64,000 nt of DNA from Macrostomum hystrix. Its lineage: Eukaryota; Animalia; Platyhelminthes. Numbering within the stretch: the stretch's first letter is position 1; every line of letters starts with the position of its first letter. The stretch spans positions 10,788,001 to 10,852,000 of the forward strand of contig CATNEN010000039.1 in assembly GCA_950097015.1 (NCBI GenBank), given 5' to 3'. The notes below the pieces were generated by a model. It saw nothing but the letters and a program-made list of their open reading frames with translations. It was not told where the DNA came from and made no database searches. The translations under genes were made by a program, and so were the position numbers. Shown piece by piece: positions 24,298 to 36,165 of this stretch.

Positions 24298-25203
24298 ATA
24301 GTCAAGTGTGCCAGAGTTATAAGTAGGCGCTAGAGTCAGCAACACACTTTGAGGGTACTGAAAGTGTTTAGTGTTAGTTAAGACATACTTGGGCTGTTAA
24401 AAAAAGTTGTTAAACGCAAAGAACTTAATAAAAAGTGAATTAAGGGCAATCGGCAGATAGATAAGACAAAAAGAGAGCTCAGCACTTTCACGCTGGTCAC
24501 TGAGTCCTTTCTTGCACCCGACTGCCCTCTAGTCCAACTCGTGAAGCGAGCGCCTTATCATTTATTTAGAGAAAAGAAATCTTTAGAAAATCACAGCGAA
24601 CTCAACAGTTGGTTTAGTAACTGAATTAGCTAATTCATTTCAGCGACTTTGGAATATTGTTTAGCAAAAAAACTGTGTGTAATTGACACCGAGAAATAAT
24701 TAAATAATTCAGTGAAAATGTTGAATAAGCTTAGAAAAGTTCAGTCACACGCTAGCAGCATGCAAATTATGCGCAATAAATGATATGCTAAATTAATTCT
24801 TAAAATAGGAAAAACAGGTCAACTAGCAAATCGCTGAAAGGAAAATATAATATTGGAGCCGCGAAATAAGGTTCTGAGAATGCTTTTTTTCAAATCACTG
24901 CGCCCAACTTTGAAGTCTATTCAAACTTGGGACCAAAAAGAGTCATGAGTAGTGGTGTTTATCTTATCCTAGAGTCCATTGCACCATCCTCAAGTTGCTG
25001 TGACCAACAGTGACTTGTATATAGCTTAGCGATAAGATCTGCTCTCTGACTACCATTGCCAAATATAATTCTTCGCCCGTCTCACCTCTTTCATATGATT
25101 TTTGTCTGCCTGTTATATAGCTTTGAAAATTAATAAAATATTGCTGCATAGCTGAGAGCAACAAGTACTGATCTGTTTGCAAAAGCTTTTGCTGCAGCTT
25201 TGA

Positions 25204-28200
25204 ATGGCGAAGGATTCAGACAGCGTAAGTACTGATGCCGCGCTGCAAGCTTTTCTTAATCATCCTACCTACTCACTTAACTGCGCACCTAACTACTTAC
25301 TTAACTGTCCACACACTCACTTACCAACTCGCTTAACTACTCACTTACCATCCAAGTGAGTACTTAACAACCAACTCACTTACTTACCAACTCACTTACT
25401 TACCAACTCACTTACCTACTCACTTAACTGCGCACCTAACTACTTACTTAACTGTCCACACACTCACTTACCAACTCGCTTAACTACTCACTTACCAACC
25501 AAGTGAGTACTTAACAACCAACTCACTTACCAACTCACTTAACTACTCACTTAACTACTCACTTACCTACTCACTTAACAACTCACTTACTTACCAACTC
25601 ACTTAACTACTCACTTAACTACTCACTTACCTACTCACTTACCAACTCACTTAACTACTCGCTTACCTACTCACTTACCTACTCACTTACCTACTCACCT
25701 AACAACTTACTTAACTGTTCACACACTCACTTACCAACTCACTTACCAACTCACTTAACTACTCGCTTACCTACTCACTTAACAACTCACTTACCAACCA
25801 AGTGAGTACTTAACAACCAACTCACTTTCTTACCAACTCACTTACTTACCAACTCACTTACCTACTCACTTAACTGCGCACCTAACTACTTACTTAACTG
25901 TCCACACACTCACTTACCAACTCGCTTAACTACTCACTTACCAACCAAGTGAGTACTTAACAACCAACTCACTTACCAACTCACTTAACTACTCACTTAA
26001 CTACTCACTTACCTACTCACTTACCAACTCACTTACTTACCAACTCACTTAACTACTCACTTAACTACTCACTTACCTACTCACTTAACTACTCGCTTAC
26101 CTACTCACTTACCTACTCACTTACCTACTCACCTAACAACTTACTTAACTGTTCACACACTCACTTAACAACTCACTTACCAACTCACTTACCAACTCAC
26201 TTACCTACTCACCTAACAACTTACTTAACTGTTCACACACTCACTTACCAACTCACTTACCAACTCACTTACCAACTCACTTAACTACTCACTTACCTAC
26301 TCAATTACCTACCCACTTACCAACTCACTTACCAACTCACTTAACTACTCGCTTACCTACTCACTTACCTACTTACTTACCTACTCACTTACCTACTCAC
26401 TTACCTACTCACTTACCTACTCACTTACCTACTCACTTACCTACTCACTTAACTACTCGCTTACCTACTCATTTACCTACTCACTTACCTACTCACTTAC
26501 CTACTCACTTAACTACTCGCTTACCTACTCACTTACCTACTCACTTACCTACTCACCTAACTACTCGCTTACCTACTCACTTACCTACTCACTTATCTAC
26601 TCACTTACCTACTCACTTACCTACTCACTTACCTACTCACTTACCTACTCACTTACCTACTCACTTACCTACTCACTTACCTACTCACTTAACTACTCGC
26701 TTACCTACTCACTTACCTACTCACTTACCTACTCACTTACCTACTCACTTATCTACTCACTTACCTACTCACTTACCTACTCACTTACCTACTCACTTAC
26801 CTACTCACTTACCTACTCACTTACCTACTCACTTAACTACTCGCTTACCTACTCACTTAACTACTCGCTTACCTACTCACTTACCTACTCACTTATCTAC
26901 TCACTTACCTACTCACCTAACTACTCGCTTACCTACTCACTTACCTACTCACTTACCTACTCACTTACCTACTCACCTAACTACTCGCTTACCTACTCAC
27001 TTACCTACTCACTTATCTACTCACTTACCTACTCACTTACCTACTCACTTACCTACTCACTTACCTACTCATTTACCTACTCACTTAACTACTCACCTAA
27101 CTACTCGCTTACCTACTCACTTACCTACTCACTTACCTACTCACTTATCTACTCACTTACCTACTCACTTACCTACTCACTTACCTACTCACTTACCTAC
27201 TCATTTACCTACTCACTTACCTACTCACCTAACTACTCGCTTACCTACTCACTTACCTACTCACTTATCTACTCACTTACCTACTCACTTACCTACTCAC
27301 TTACCTACTCATTTACCTACTCACTTAACTACTGACTGACTAGGTAACTAATCACCTATTCGCTTTCTCTTTTACCTGCTCACTTGCCACTCACTCACTC
27401 CTTTCTTACCCAATCTACAGCAGGACAACAATGCTGACGGTGGCGAGGTTGAGCAGAAGGCCTTCAGCTCTTCTGCCGCCATCATCTTCTCCTGCCTCGG
27501 CACGGTGGTTGGCACGGGAAATATCTGGCGCTTCCCTAGGATTGCCGCTCAGAACAGCGCCACACAGGGTGAGACTGCTAGGCAGGATGCCGAATACAGC
27601 GGATTTTAAATGGGGCATGAAGGGTCAGTCGATTGCGTTTCCAAGAATTAGGTAGGCCAGTCGATTGCGTTTCCAAGAATTAGGTAGGTCAATCGATTGC
27701 GTTTCCAAGAATTAGGTAGGTCAATCGATTGCGTTTCCAAGAATTAGGTAGGTCAATCGATTGCGTTTCCAAGAATTAGGTAGGCCAGTCGATTGGGTTT
27801 CAAAGAATTTGGTAAATCACTCGATTGGGTTTCCAAGAATCGAATCAGTCAGTTGATTAGGTTTCCAAGAATCAAACCAGTCGGTCGATTGGCATTCCAA
27901 GAATCGAAGGGGTCAGCCGATTGGGTTTCCAAGAATCGAAGGGGTCAGTCGATTGGGTTTCCAAGAATCGAAGGGGTCAGCCGATTGGGTTTCTAAGAAT
28001 CGAAGGGGGCAGTCGATTGGGTTTCTAAGAATCGAAGGGGGCAGTCGATTGGGTTTCTAAGAATCGAAGGGGTCAGTCGATTGGGTTTCCAAGAATCGAA
28101 GGGGTCAGCCGATTGGGTTTCTAAGAATCGAAGGGGGCGGTCGATTGGGTTTCCAAGAATCGAAGGGGTCAGCCGATTGGGTTTCTAAGAATCGAAGGGG

Positions 28201-31200
28201 TCAGTCGATTGGGTTTCCAAGAATCGAAGGGGTCAGCCGATTGGGTTTCTAAGAATCGAAGGGGGCAGTCGATTGGGTTTCTAAGAATCGAAGGGGTCAG
28301 TCGATTGGGTTTCCAAGAATGGAAGGGGTCAGCCGATTGGGTTTCCAAGAATCGAAGGGGGCAGTCGATTGGGTTTCCAAGAATTCACGGGCCCTGCCGC
28401 TGATTCCGCAGGCACTCTGATCTTCCTGATCACTTGGATCATCTTTCTGTTCCTCTGGTCGTCACCGATGCTGCTAATCGAGTACGCGGTTGGTCGCTAC
28501 TTTAAAAAGTCGCCAATTCAATCTTTTCGCTTGGCAATGGGCGACAAATTCTTGTGGTGCGGCTCCTGGGTAACCATGGTTACCTTTATGATCAGGTGAG
28601 TACAGCCTTTCTGTTCCGAATCGCGTAAACAAAAAAAGAGTTTATTCCTGGCTCGCTGGCAACGCTGCGTATTCGGCACCAAAAATTTGATTATAAAAAC
28701 CCGCAGTTGCTACTACTCAGTAGTGCTTGGCTGGTGCCTTTACTATGTGTTTAAAGCCATTGAAATGAGCGCAACAACAGGACTGCCGAGCAGCGAGCCG
28801 GAGAGTTTGGCCGTGTTCCAGGAATTCGCCGTGAGTTTGCTGGCCTGCGATTGCCGAGATTGGCATTGTGGGGGATTTTGGGAGATCGAGAGAATAGGAG
28901 ACTGGGAGACTGGGTGACTGGGGGACAGGGAGACAGGGAGACAAAGAGACTGGCAGAATGGGAGACTGGGAGATCGGGAGACTGGGAGACTGGGAGACTG
29001 GGAGACTGGGAGATCGGGAGACTGGGAGACTGGGAGACTGGGAGACTGGAAAACTGGGAGATAGGGAGACTGGGAGACTGGGTGACTGGGTGACTGGGAG
29101 ACTGGGAGACTCGGAGATAGGGAGACTGGAAAACTGGGAGATAGGGAGACTGGGAGACTGGGAGACTGGGTGACTGGGAGACTGGGAGACTCGGAGATAG
29201 GGAGACTGGGAGACTGGGAGACTGGGAGACAGGGAGACTGGGAGACTGGGTGACTGGGAGACTGGGAGATCGGGAGACTGGGAGACTGGGAGACTGGGAG
29301 ACTGGAAAACTGGGAGATAGGGAGACTGGGAGACTGGGTGACTGGGTGACTGGGAGACTGGGAGACTCGGAGATAGGGAGACTGGAAAACTGGGAGATAG
29401 GGAGACTGGGAGACTGGGAGACTGGGTGACTGGGAGACTGGGAGACTCGGAGATAGGGAGACTGTGAGACTGGGAGACTGGGAGACAGGGAGACTGGGAG
29501 ACTGGGTGACTGGGAGACTGGGAGACTCGGAGATAGGGAGACTGGGAGACTGGGAGACTGGGTGACTGGGAGACTGGGAGACTGGGAGACTGGGAGACTG
29601 GGAGACAGGGAGACTGGGAGACTGGGTGACTGGGAGACTAGGAGACTGGAAAACTGGGAGACTGGGAGATCGGGAGGCTGGGAGACTAGGAGACTGGGAG
29701 ACTGCATGGGAGACTGGGAGACTGGAAAACTGGGAGATAGGGAGACTGGGAGACTGGGTGACTGGGAGACTGGGAGACTCGGAGATAGGGAGACTGGGAG
29801 ACTGGGTGACTGGAAAACTGGGAGACTGGGTGACTGGGAGACTGGGTGACTGGGAGACTGGGAGACTGGGAGACTGGGAGACTGGGTGACTGGGAGACTG
29901 GGAGACAGGGAGACTGGGAGACTGGGTGACTGGGAGACTGGGTGACTGGGAGACTGGGAGACTGGGAGACTGGGAGACTGGGAGACAGGGAGACAAAGAG
30001 ACTGGCAGAATGGGAGACTGGGAGATCGGGAGACTGGGAGACTGGGAGATCGGGAGACTGGAAAACTGGGAGATAGGGAGACTGGGAGACTGGAAAACTG
30101 GGTGACTGGGAGACTGGGAGACTCGGAGATAGGGAGACTGGAAAACTGGGAGATAGGGAGACTGGGAGACTGGGAGACTGGGTGACTGGGAGACTGGGAG
30201 ACTCGGAGATAGGGAGACTGGGAGACTGGGAGACTGGGAGACAGGGAGACTGGGAGACTGGGTGACTGGGAGACTGGGAGACTCGGAGATAGGGAGACTG
30301 GGAGACTGGGAGACTGGGTGACTGGGAGACTGGGAGACTGGGAGACTGGGAGACTGGGAGACAGGGAGACTGGGAGACTGGGTGACTGGGAGACTAGGAG
30401 ACTGGAAAACTGGGAGACTGGGAGATCGGGAGACTGCATGGGAGACTGGGAGACTGGAAAACTGGGAGATAGGGAGACTGGGAGACTGGGAGACTGGGTG
30501 ACTGGAAAACTGGGAGACTGGGTGACTGGGAGACTGGGTGACTGGGAGACTGGGAGACTGGGAGACTGGGAGACTGGGTGACTGGGAGACTGGGAGACTG
30601 GGAGACTGGGAGACTGGGTGACTGGGAGACTGGGTGACTGGGAGACTGGGAGACTGGGAGACTGGGAGACTGGGTGACTGGGAGACTGGGAGACTGGGTG
30701 ACTGGGAGACTGGGAGATAGGGAGACTGGGAGACTGGGTGACTGGGAGACTGGGTGACTGGAAAACTGGGAGACTGGGTGACTGGGAGACTGGGTGACTG
30801 GGAGACTGGGAGACTGGGAGACTGGGAGACTGGGTGACTGGGAGACTGGAAAACTGGGAGATAGGGAGTCTGGGAGACTGGGTGACTGGGAGACTGGGAG
30901 ACTGGGAGACTGGGAGACTGGGAGACTGGGAGACTGGGTGACTGGGAGACTGGGAGATAGGGAGACTGGGAGACTGGGTGACTGGGAGACTGGGTGACTG
31001 GAAAACTGGGAGACTGGGTGACTGGGAGACTGGGTGACTGGGAGACTGGGAGACTGGGAGACTGGGAGACTGGGTGACTGGGAGACTGGAAAACTGGGAG
31101 ATAGGGAGTCTGGGAGACTGGGTGACTGGGAGACTGGGAGACAGGGTGATTTGTAGTGGGAGTGAGAGACTGGGAGTGGCGCAGGAGAGTGAAGACGGGT

Positions 31201-34200
31201 CTTCTTTATCCCCTCAGGAGAAAAGTGCGTGGCCGGTGCTGACCCACTTCCTGTCCATCCTGTTCTCTGGCGCCTGCGTCATGGGTGGCATCACCTGGAT
31301 CGAGAAGGCCAACATGGTGCTGGTGCCCACCCTTCTACTCATTATCGTTTTCACGTACTGCTGGTCGCTGCTGCGCGAATACAGCGACTACGGCATTCGA
31401 TTCCTGTTCACACCGGATATTGGTGAGTTCAAAGCCTACCTGATATGTTTAGAAAATAACTATATTTTCTGACGTCGCTTCCTCGACTTCATTTCCAAAA
31501 AAATTTTTATCCATTGAATATTTTTGCAGACTCTCTGAGGGACACCCGACTGTGGGTAGACTCAGCCTCACAGAACGCTTTCGACACGGGTGCCGCCATG
31601 GGCCTTATTGTACCCTACGCCACCTACATGACCAGAAAGAATGGCGTTGTTCGATTCTCAATCTTCATTCCCACAATGAACAACTTTGTCAGGTTGGTTG
31701 GTTGATTGTCAAGTTGGTTCATTGTCAAGTTGGTTGGTTCATTGTCAAGTTGGTTGGTTGTCAAGTTGGTTGGTTGATGTCAAGTTGGTTGGTTGATGTC
31801 AAGTTGGTTGGTTGATGTCAAGTTGGTTGGTTGATGTCAAGTTGGTTGGTTGATGTCAAGTTGGTTGGTTGATGTCAAGTTGGTTGGTTGGTTGTCAAGT
31901 TGGTTGGTTGATGTCAAGTTGGTTGGTTGTCAAGTTGGTTGGTTGATGTCAAGTTGGTTGGTTGATGTCAAGCTGTTTGGTTGGTTGTCAAGTTTGTTGG
32001 TTGATGTCAAGCTGTTTGGTTGGTTGTCAAGTTGGTTGGTTGGTTGATTTTCAAGTAGGACAGACTGCAGAAAACGTTTTGCTTTTCAATGTTTTGCTTT
32101 TTTTATTGTATATCTGCAGCAGCATCCAGGTGTGTGAGTGGTCCGAATCGTCTGTTAAAGGGGTCAAATATCGCTGTGACACTGTCTCAGATCTCACATT
32201 GCACCTCAAACAGTCTACTGTGCGCCCTGACCATCTTCTCGACGGTGTTCTCCACGCTGATCCAGACCCAGAGCACACTATCCCGTACTGGCATTGTTGA
32301 GATCATCAAGGAGTCCGGGCCAGCCTCCACTGGCCTCACATTCATCTGGATCCCGGTGCTGTTTGGCCAGTTCGGCGTGTTCGGCAGCATTCTGTGTGTG
32401 CTATTCTTCCTCTGTCTGAGCTTCGCCGGCGTCAGCTCGCTGATTGCCAACTTTGAGCTGACCTCCCTGACGCTGCAGGACTTCGGAAGTGAGCAGCTGG
32501 GATTCAGGAGCAGATTGGTGGGAGAATTGGGACATTGGAGAAGAACGAATGGGGAAGAGGGCAGAAGGAATGGGGAAGAAGGCAGAAGGAATGGGGAAGA
32601 GGGCAGAAGGAATGGGGGAAGAGGGGAGGAGGAATGGGGGAAGAGGGGAGGAAGAATGGGGATGAGGGGAGAAGGAATAGGAAATATGAAAAATCAATTG
32701 CTCTTGTTGATTTAAAGAAATCATCCTCTTCACTCCCCCAATGAACCGCCAGTTCCCAGGAAGTTCGGCACACCCATTGTGATCCTTGTCACATTTCTTA
32801 TCGGTCTTCCATCGGCATTGAGTGTTGACGTGCTGCGCAATCAGGTGAGGATATTTTCAAATCATCCAAGTATTATTTTAAAAAAACTTTAAAAAAGTGT
32901 GCAATCCATCTCTGCTGTTGAACAATTCAGGACTTCGTCTGGGGCTTCGCCCTCATGATATCAGGCATCATGTTCCAACTGTTGGTGATCAAGTACGGCT
33001 TCAGGGCCTTCCAGAACCAGGTTGTCAACGACTACGGTACCAACGACTGGCCACTGACCATTGTCACTATGATCATCATTGTGTGAGTGTGCTGGTCATT
33101 GCTAAGCATTTCATCAGGAATAAAGTTTGTTGGTCATAGACTTTCCCGTTTTGTTGGTCATAGACTTGCTTATTTTGTTGGTCATAGACTTGCCCAGTTT
33201 GTTGGTCATAGACTTTCCCAATTTGTTGGTCATAGACTTGCACAGTTTGTTGGTCATAGACTTGCCCAGTTTGTTGGTCATAGACTTGCCCAGTTTGTTG
33301 GTCATAGACTTGCCCAGTTTGTTGGTCATAGACTTGCCCAGTTTGTTGGTCATAGACTTGCCCAGTTTGTTGGTCATAGACTTGCCCAGTTTGTTGGTCA
33401 TAGACTTTCCCAATTTGTTGGTCATAGACTTGCCCAGTTTGTTGGTCATAGACTTGACCAGTTTGTTGGTCATAGACTTGCCCAGTTTGTTGGTCATAGA
33501 CTTTCCCAATTTCTTGGTCATAGACTTTCCCAGTTTGTTGGTCATAGACTTGACCAGTTTGTTGGTCATAGACTTGCCCAGTTTGTTGGTCATAGACTTG
33601 CCCAGTTTGTTGGTCATAGACTTGCCCAGTTTGTTGGTCATAGACTTGCCCAGTTTGTTGGTCATAGACTTGCCCAGTTTGTTGGTCATAGTCTTTCTTC
33701 CTAGTTTATTAGTCACAGCAATTCTCAGCTTGGGATTCAAAGCCGTGTCTAATGTCCTTACAATTACCCTGCTCCACAGTGTGGTGGCGCCCATCGAAGC
33801 CGTTGGTCTACTGGCCTGGTGGGGCTACGAAATTATTTCGTCAACTTCGGAAGCAACGCCTGGTGAACGCTGGTACGACTACGGCGTGGAGACTTTCATT
33901 ACCGTCATCACTGAGGTGAGCGATTATTTAGAATGCTGATTTATTCTTTGCGACTGACTTTTGACATCCTGACTGACTTTTGATCACGGCTTGTGGATCG
34001 ATCTTCATCCCTCAATGTCACAGCTGTGGATTGCCGTTCGCCTCCTCAAGGTCACCGCTGGGGATTGCCCTTCGCCTCCTTAAGGTCACAGCTTGGGATC
34101 GCCCTTCCCCTCCTCTAGGTCACAGCTGTGGATTGCCCTTCCCCTCCTCTAGGTCACCGCTGGGGATTGCTCTTCCCCTCCTTAAGGTCACAGCTTGGGA

Positions 34201-35079
34201 TCGCCCTTCCCCTCCTCTAGGTCACAGCTGTGGATTGCCCTTCCCCTCCTCTAGGTCACCGCTGGAGATTGCCCTTCCCCTCCTCTAGGTCACAGCTGTG
34301 GATTGCCCTTCCCCTCCTCTAGGTCACCGCTGGAGATTGCCCTTCCCCTCCTCTAGGTCACAGCTGGGGATTGCCCTTCGCCTCCTCTAGGTCACAGCTG
34401 GGGATCGCCCTTCGCCTCCTCAAGGTCACCGCTGGAGATTGCCCTTCCCCTCCTCTAGGTCACAGCTGGGGATTGCCCTTCGCCTTCTTTAGGTCACAGC
34501 TGGGGATCGCCCTTCCCCTCCTCTAGGTCACAGCTGGGGATGGCCCTTCGCCTCCTCTAGGTCACCGCTGGAGATTGCCCTTCCCCTCCTCTAGGTCACA
34601 GCTGGGGATTGCCCTTCGCCTCCTCTAGGTCACAGCTGGGGATCGCCCTTCCCCTCCTCTAGGTCACAGCTGGGGATGGCCCTTCGCCTCCTCTAGGTCA
34701 CCGCTGGAGATTGCCCTTCCCCTCCTCTAGGTCACAGCTGGGGATGGCCCTTCGCCTCCTCTAGGTCACCGCTGGGGATCGCCCTTGGCCTCCCCAAGGT
34801 CACAGCTGGGATTAACCTTTATTACCTCCCTAAAATCAAAGCTTGAATTTTTCACACCTTCAGTGGCTAGCGCTGCTGCTGCTGCTGCTTCTGGTGAATG
34901 TGATTGTCTACTACCTGCGACCCTCGTGGATGCGCGGCAGCACGGAGAATCTACAGGTGGCTCCGGCTGACGACGAGGCTTTCGAGATGAAGCACCCGGG
35001 AGTGTACTCGCGAGAAAGTACAAAGGGCGAAGAGAACGCAGCCTACGTGAATGACACCGAAACAGGAGTTCAGTACTAA
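25204..35079 (+). CDS. SLC6/NSS sodium-dependent transporter, prokaryote-like branch (~571 aa)
   Basis: Exons 25204-25224 (tentative first exon), 27421-27568, 28412-28595, 28707-28830, 31218-31422, 31530-31692, 32214-32488, 32753-32844, 32931-33082, 33780-33915, 34864-35079, all GT-AG and phase-consistent. Motifs: [78 protein letters not shown]. Confidence 0.92.
25265..27335. repeat. 12-bp minisatellite (~2 kb) in SLC6 intron 1
   Basis: (cttacctactca)n with cttaactactca and cttaccaactca variants and duplicated blocks. Confidence 0.95.
27625..28385. repeat. 32-bp minisatellite in SLC6 intron 2
   Basis: (gattgcgtttccaagaattaggtaggtcaatc)n grading into (gattgggtttccaagaatcgaaggggtcagtc)n. Confidence 0.93.
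28895..31145. repeat. 8-bp G-rich satellite (~2.2 kb) in SLC6 intron 4
   Basis: (ctgggaga)n with variants ctgggtga, ctggaaaa, tagggaga. Confidence 0.95.
31686..32050. repeat. ~19-bp minisatellite starting at the SLC6 exon 6 donor
   Basis: (tgtcaagttggttggttga)n. Confidence 0.9.
32545..32680. repeat. Short 21-bp purine repeat in SLC6 intron 7
   Basis: (gaatggggaagagggcagaag)n. Confidence 0.8.
33125..33690. repeat. 24-bp minisatellite in SLC6 intron 9
   Basis: (gtttgttggtcatagacttgccca)n. Confidence 0.95.
34015..34812. repeat. 34-bp minisatellite in SLC6 intron 10
   Basis: (aggtcacagctggggattgcccttcccctcctct)n. Confidence 0.95.
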
Positions 35080-35905
35080 CCATATATTTATTATTTACTG
35101 TATTTGTAAGCTATAAATTTATGAACTGCTTTGCTAATTAAATTCGCTGTGATTGTGTGCAATCGATATTTCTGCAAGCATGTCGACCTGTAATCGACAT
35201 AAAGTTGGTTCATGGCTATAAAACTTGGGAAAGTGAAACTAGGTTGGTTTTATTTCTAAAGATTTCTAACTTCACTTATTTACCGTAATTTCTATCTGTC
35301 GAACAATTCATTTGTATTCGCGAACAATATCTCCTGCGGCAAGTATAGTTATATTTATAATAAAGTATAATATGTACACTATATAATATTATAGTATATT
35401 GTTAAATGCATCATAATTTACACCCAACAGCGAGTTATTAACTGTACTATTCCCCATATAGGAATTGTCTTTTGCAACAACAAAATACACGATACTGTAA
35501 AGCAAATATTGGCTTCAGAAAATAGATTCCAAAAGAGCAGCACGCGTTTGATTTACCACGCATTGTCTCATCCGTTATACTAATCTAATTGCGGCAAAAT
35601 ACTCATCTCGCATCTCGAGAGACATTGTGACTCTCGCCAATTGTGTTTACCTGTCGTGGATGCAACTTTGCTTAATGCACCAATGCTTTGCATGATTTGC
35701 ATGACATTTCGCCTAATGCAATACCTAGTCCAGTACACGACCGTTCTGTTTTATCCGCTCCCATCCTTCTTTCGCTTAGAGCCCAAAGTCCAGCGTCGCT
35801 GGGTTCTGCACCAGTCGATCAAGCTCAAGTTAGAATTTTGGTCACCCGAGAAAAAAAAACATTGTAAACTTGTCACGTCAACAATGGTACTTTGCACTTG
35901 AAAAA

Positions 35906-36165
35906 ATACTTGGAAGTAGGTCGGTCGACCTATAGTTCAAACATTGAATACTTGGAAGTAGGTCGGTCGACCTGTAGTTCAAATATTGAATACTTGGAAA
36001 GTACTTGGAAGTAGGTCGGTCGACCTGTAGTTCAAACATTGAATACTTGGAAATTACTTGGATGTAGGTCGGTCGACCTGTAGTTCAAACATTAAATACT
36101 TAGAAAGTACTTGGAAGTACTGTAGGTCGGTCGACCTGTAGTTCAAACATTAAATAATTTGGAAG
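35906..36165. repeat. Five-copy 42-57-bp tandem repeat with palindromic core
   Basis: tacttggaagtaggtcggtcgacctgtagttcaaacattgaa repeated; core aggtcggtcgacct. Confidence 0.85.

Noticed and set aside
28743-30439. Long PVSQSPSL ORFs
   Set aside because: Artefact of the 8-bp satellite in an SLC6 intron.
35906-36165. Palindromic repeats with variable gaps, CRISPR-like
   Set aside because: The gaps are themselves near-identical repeat sequence; eukaryotic context.
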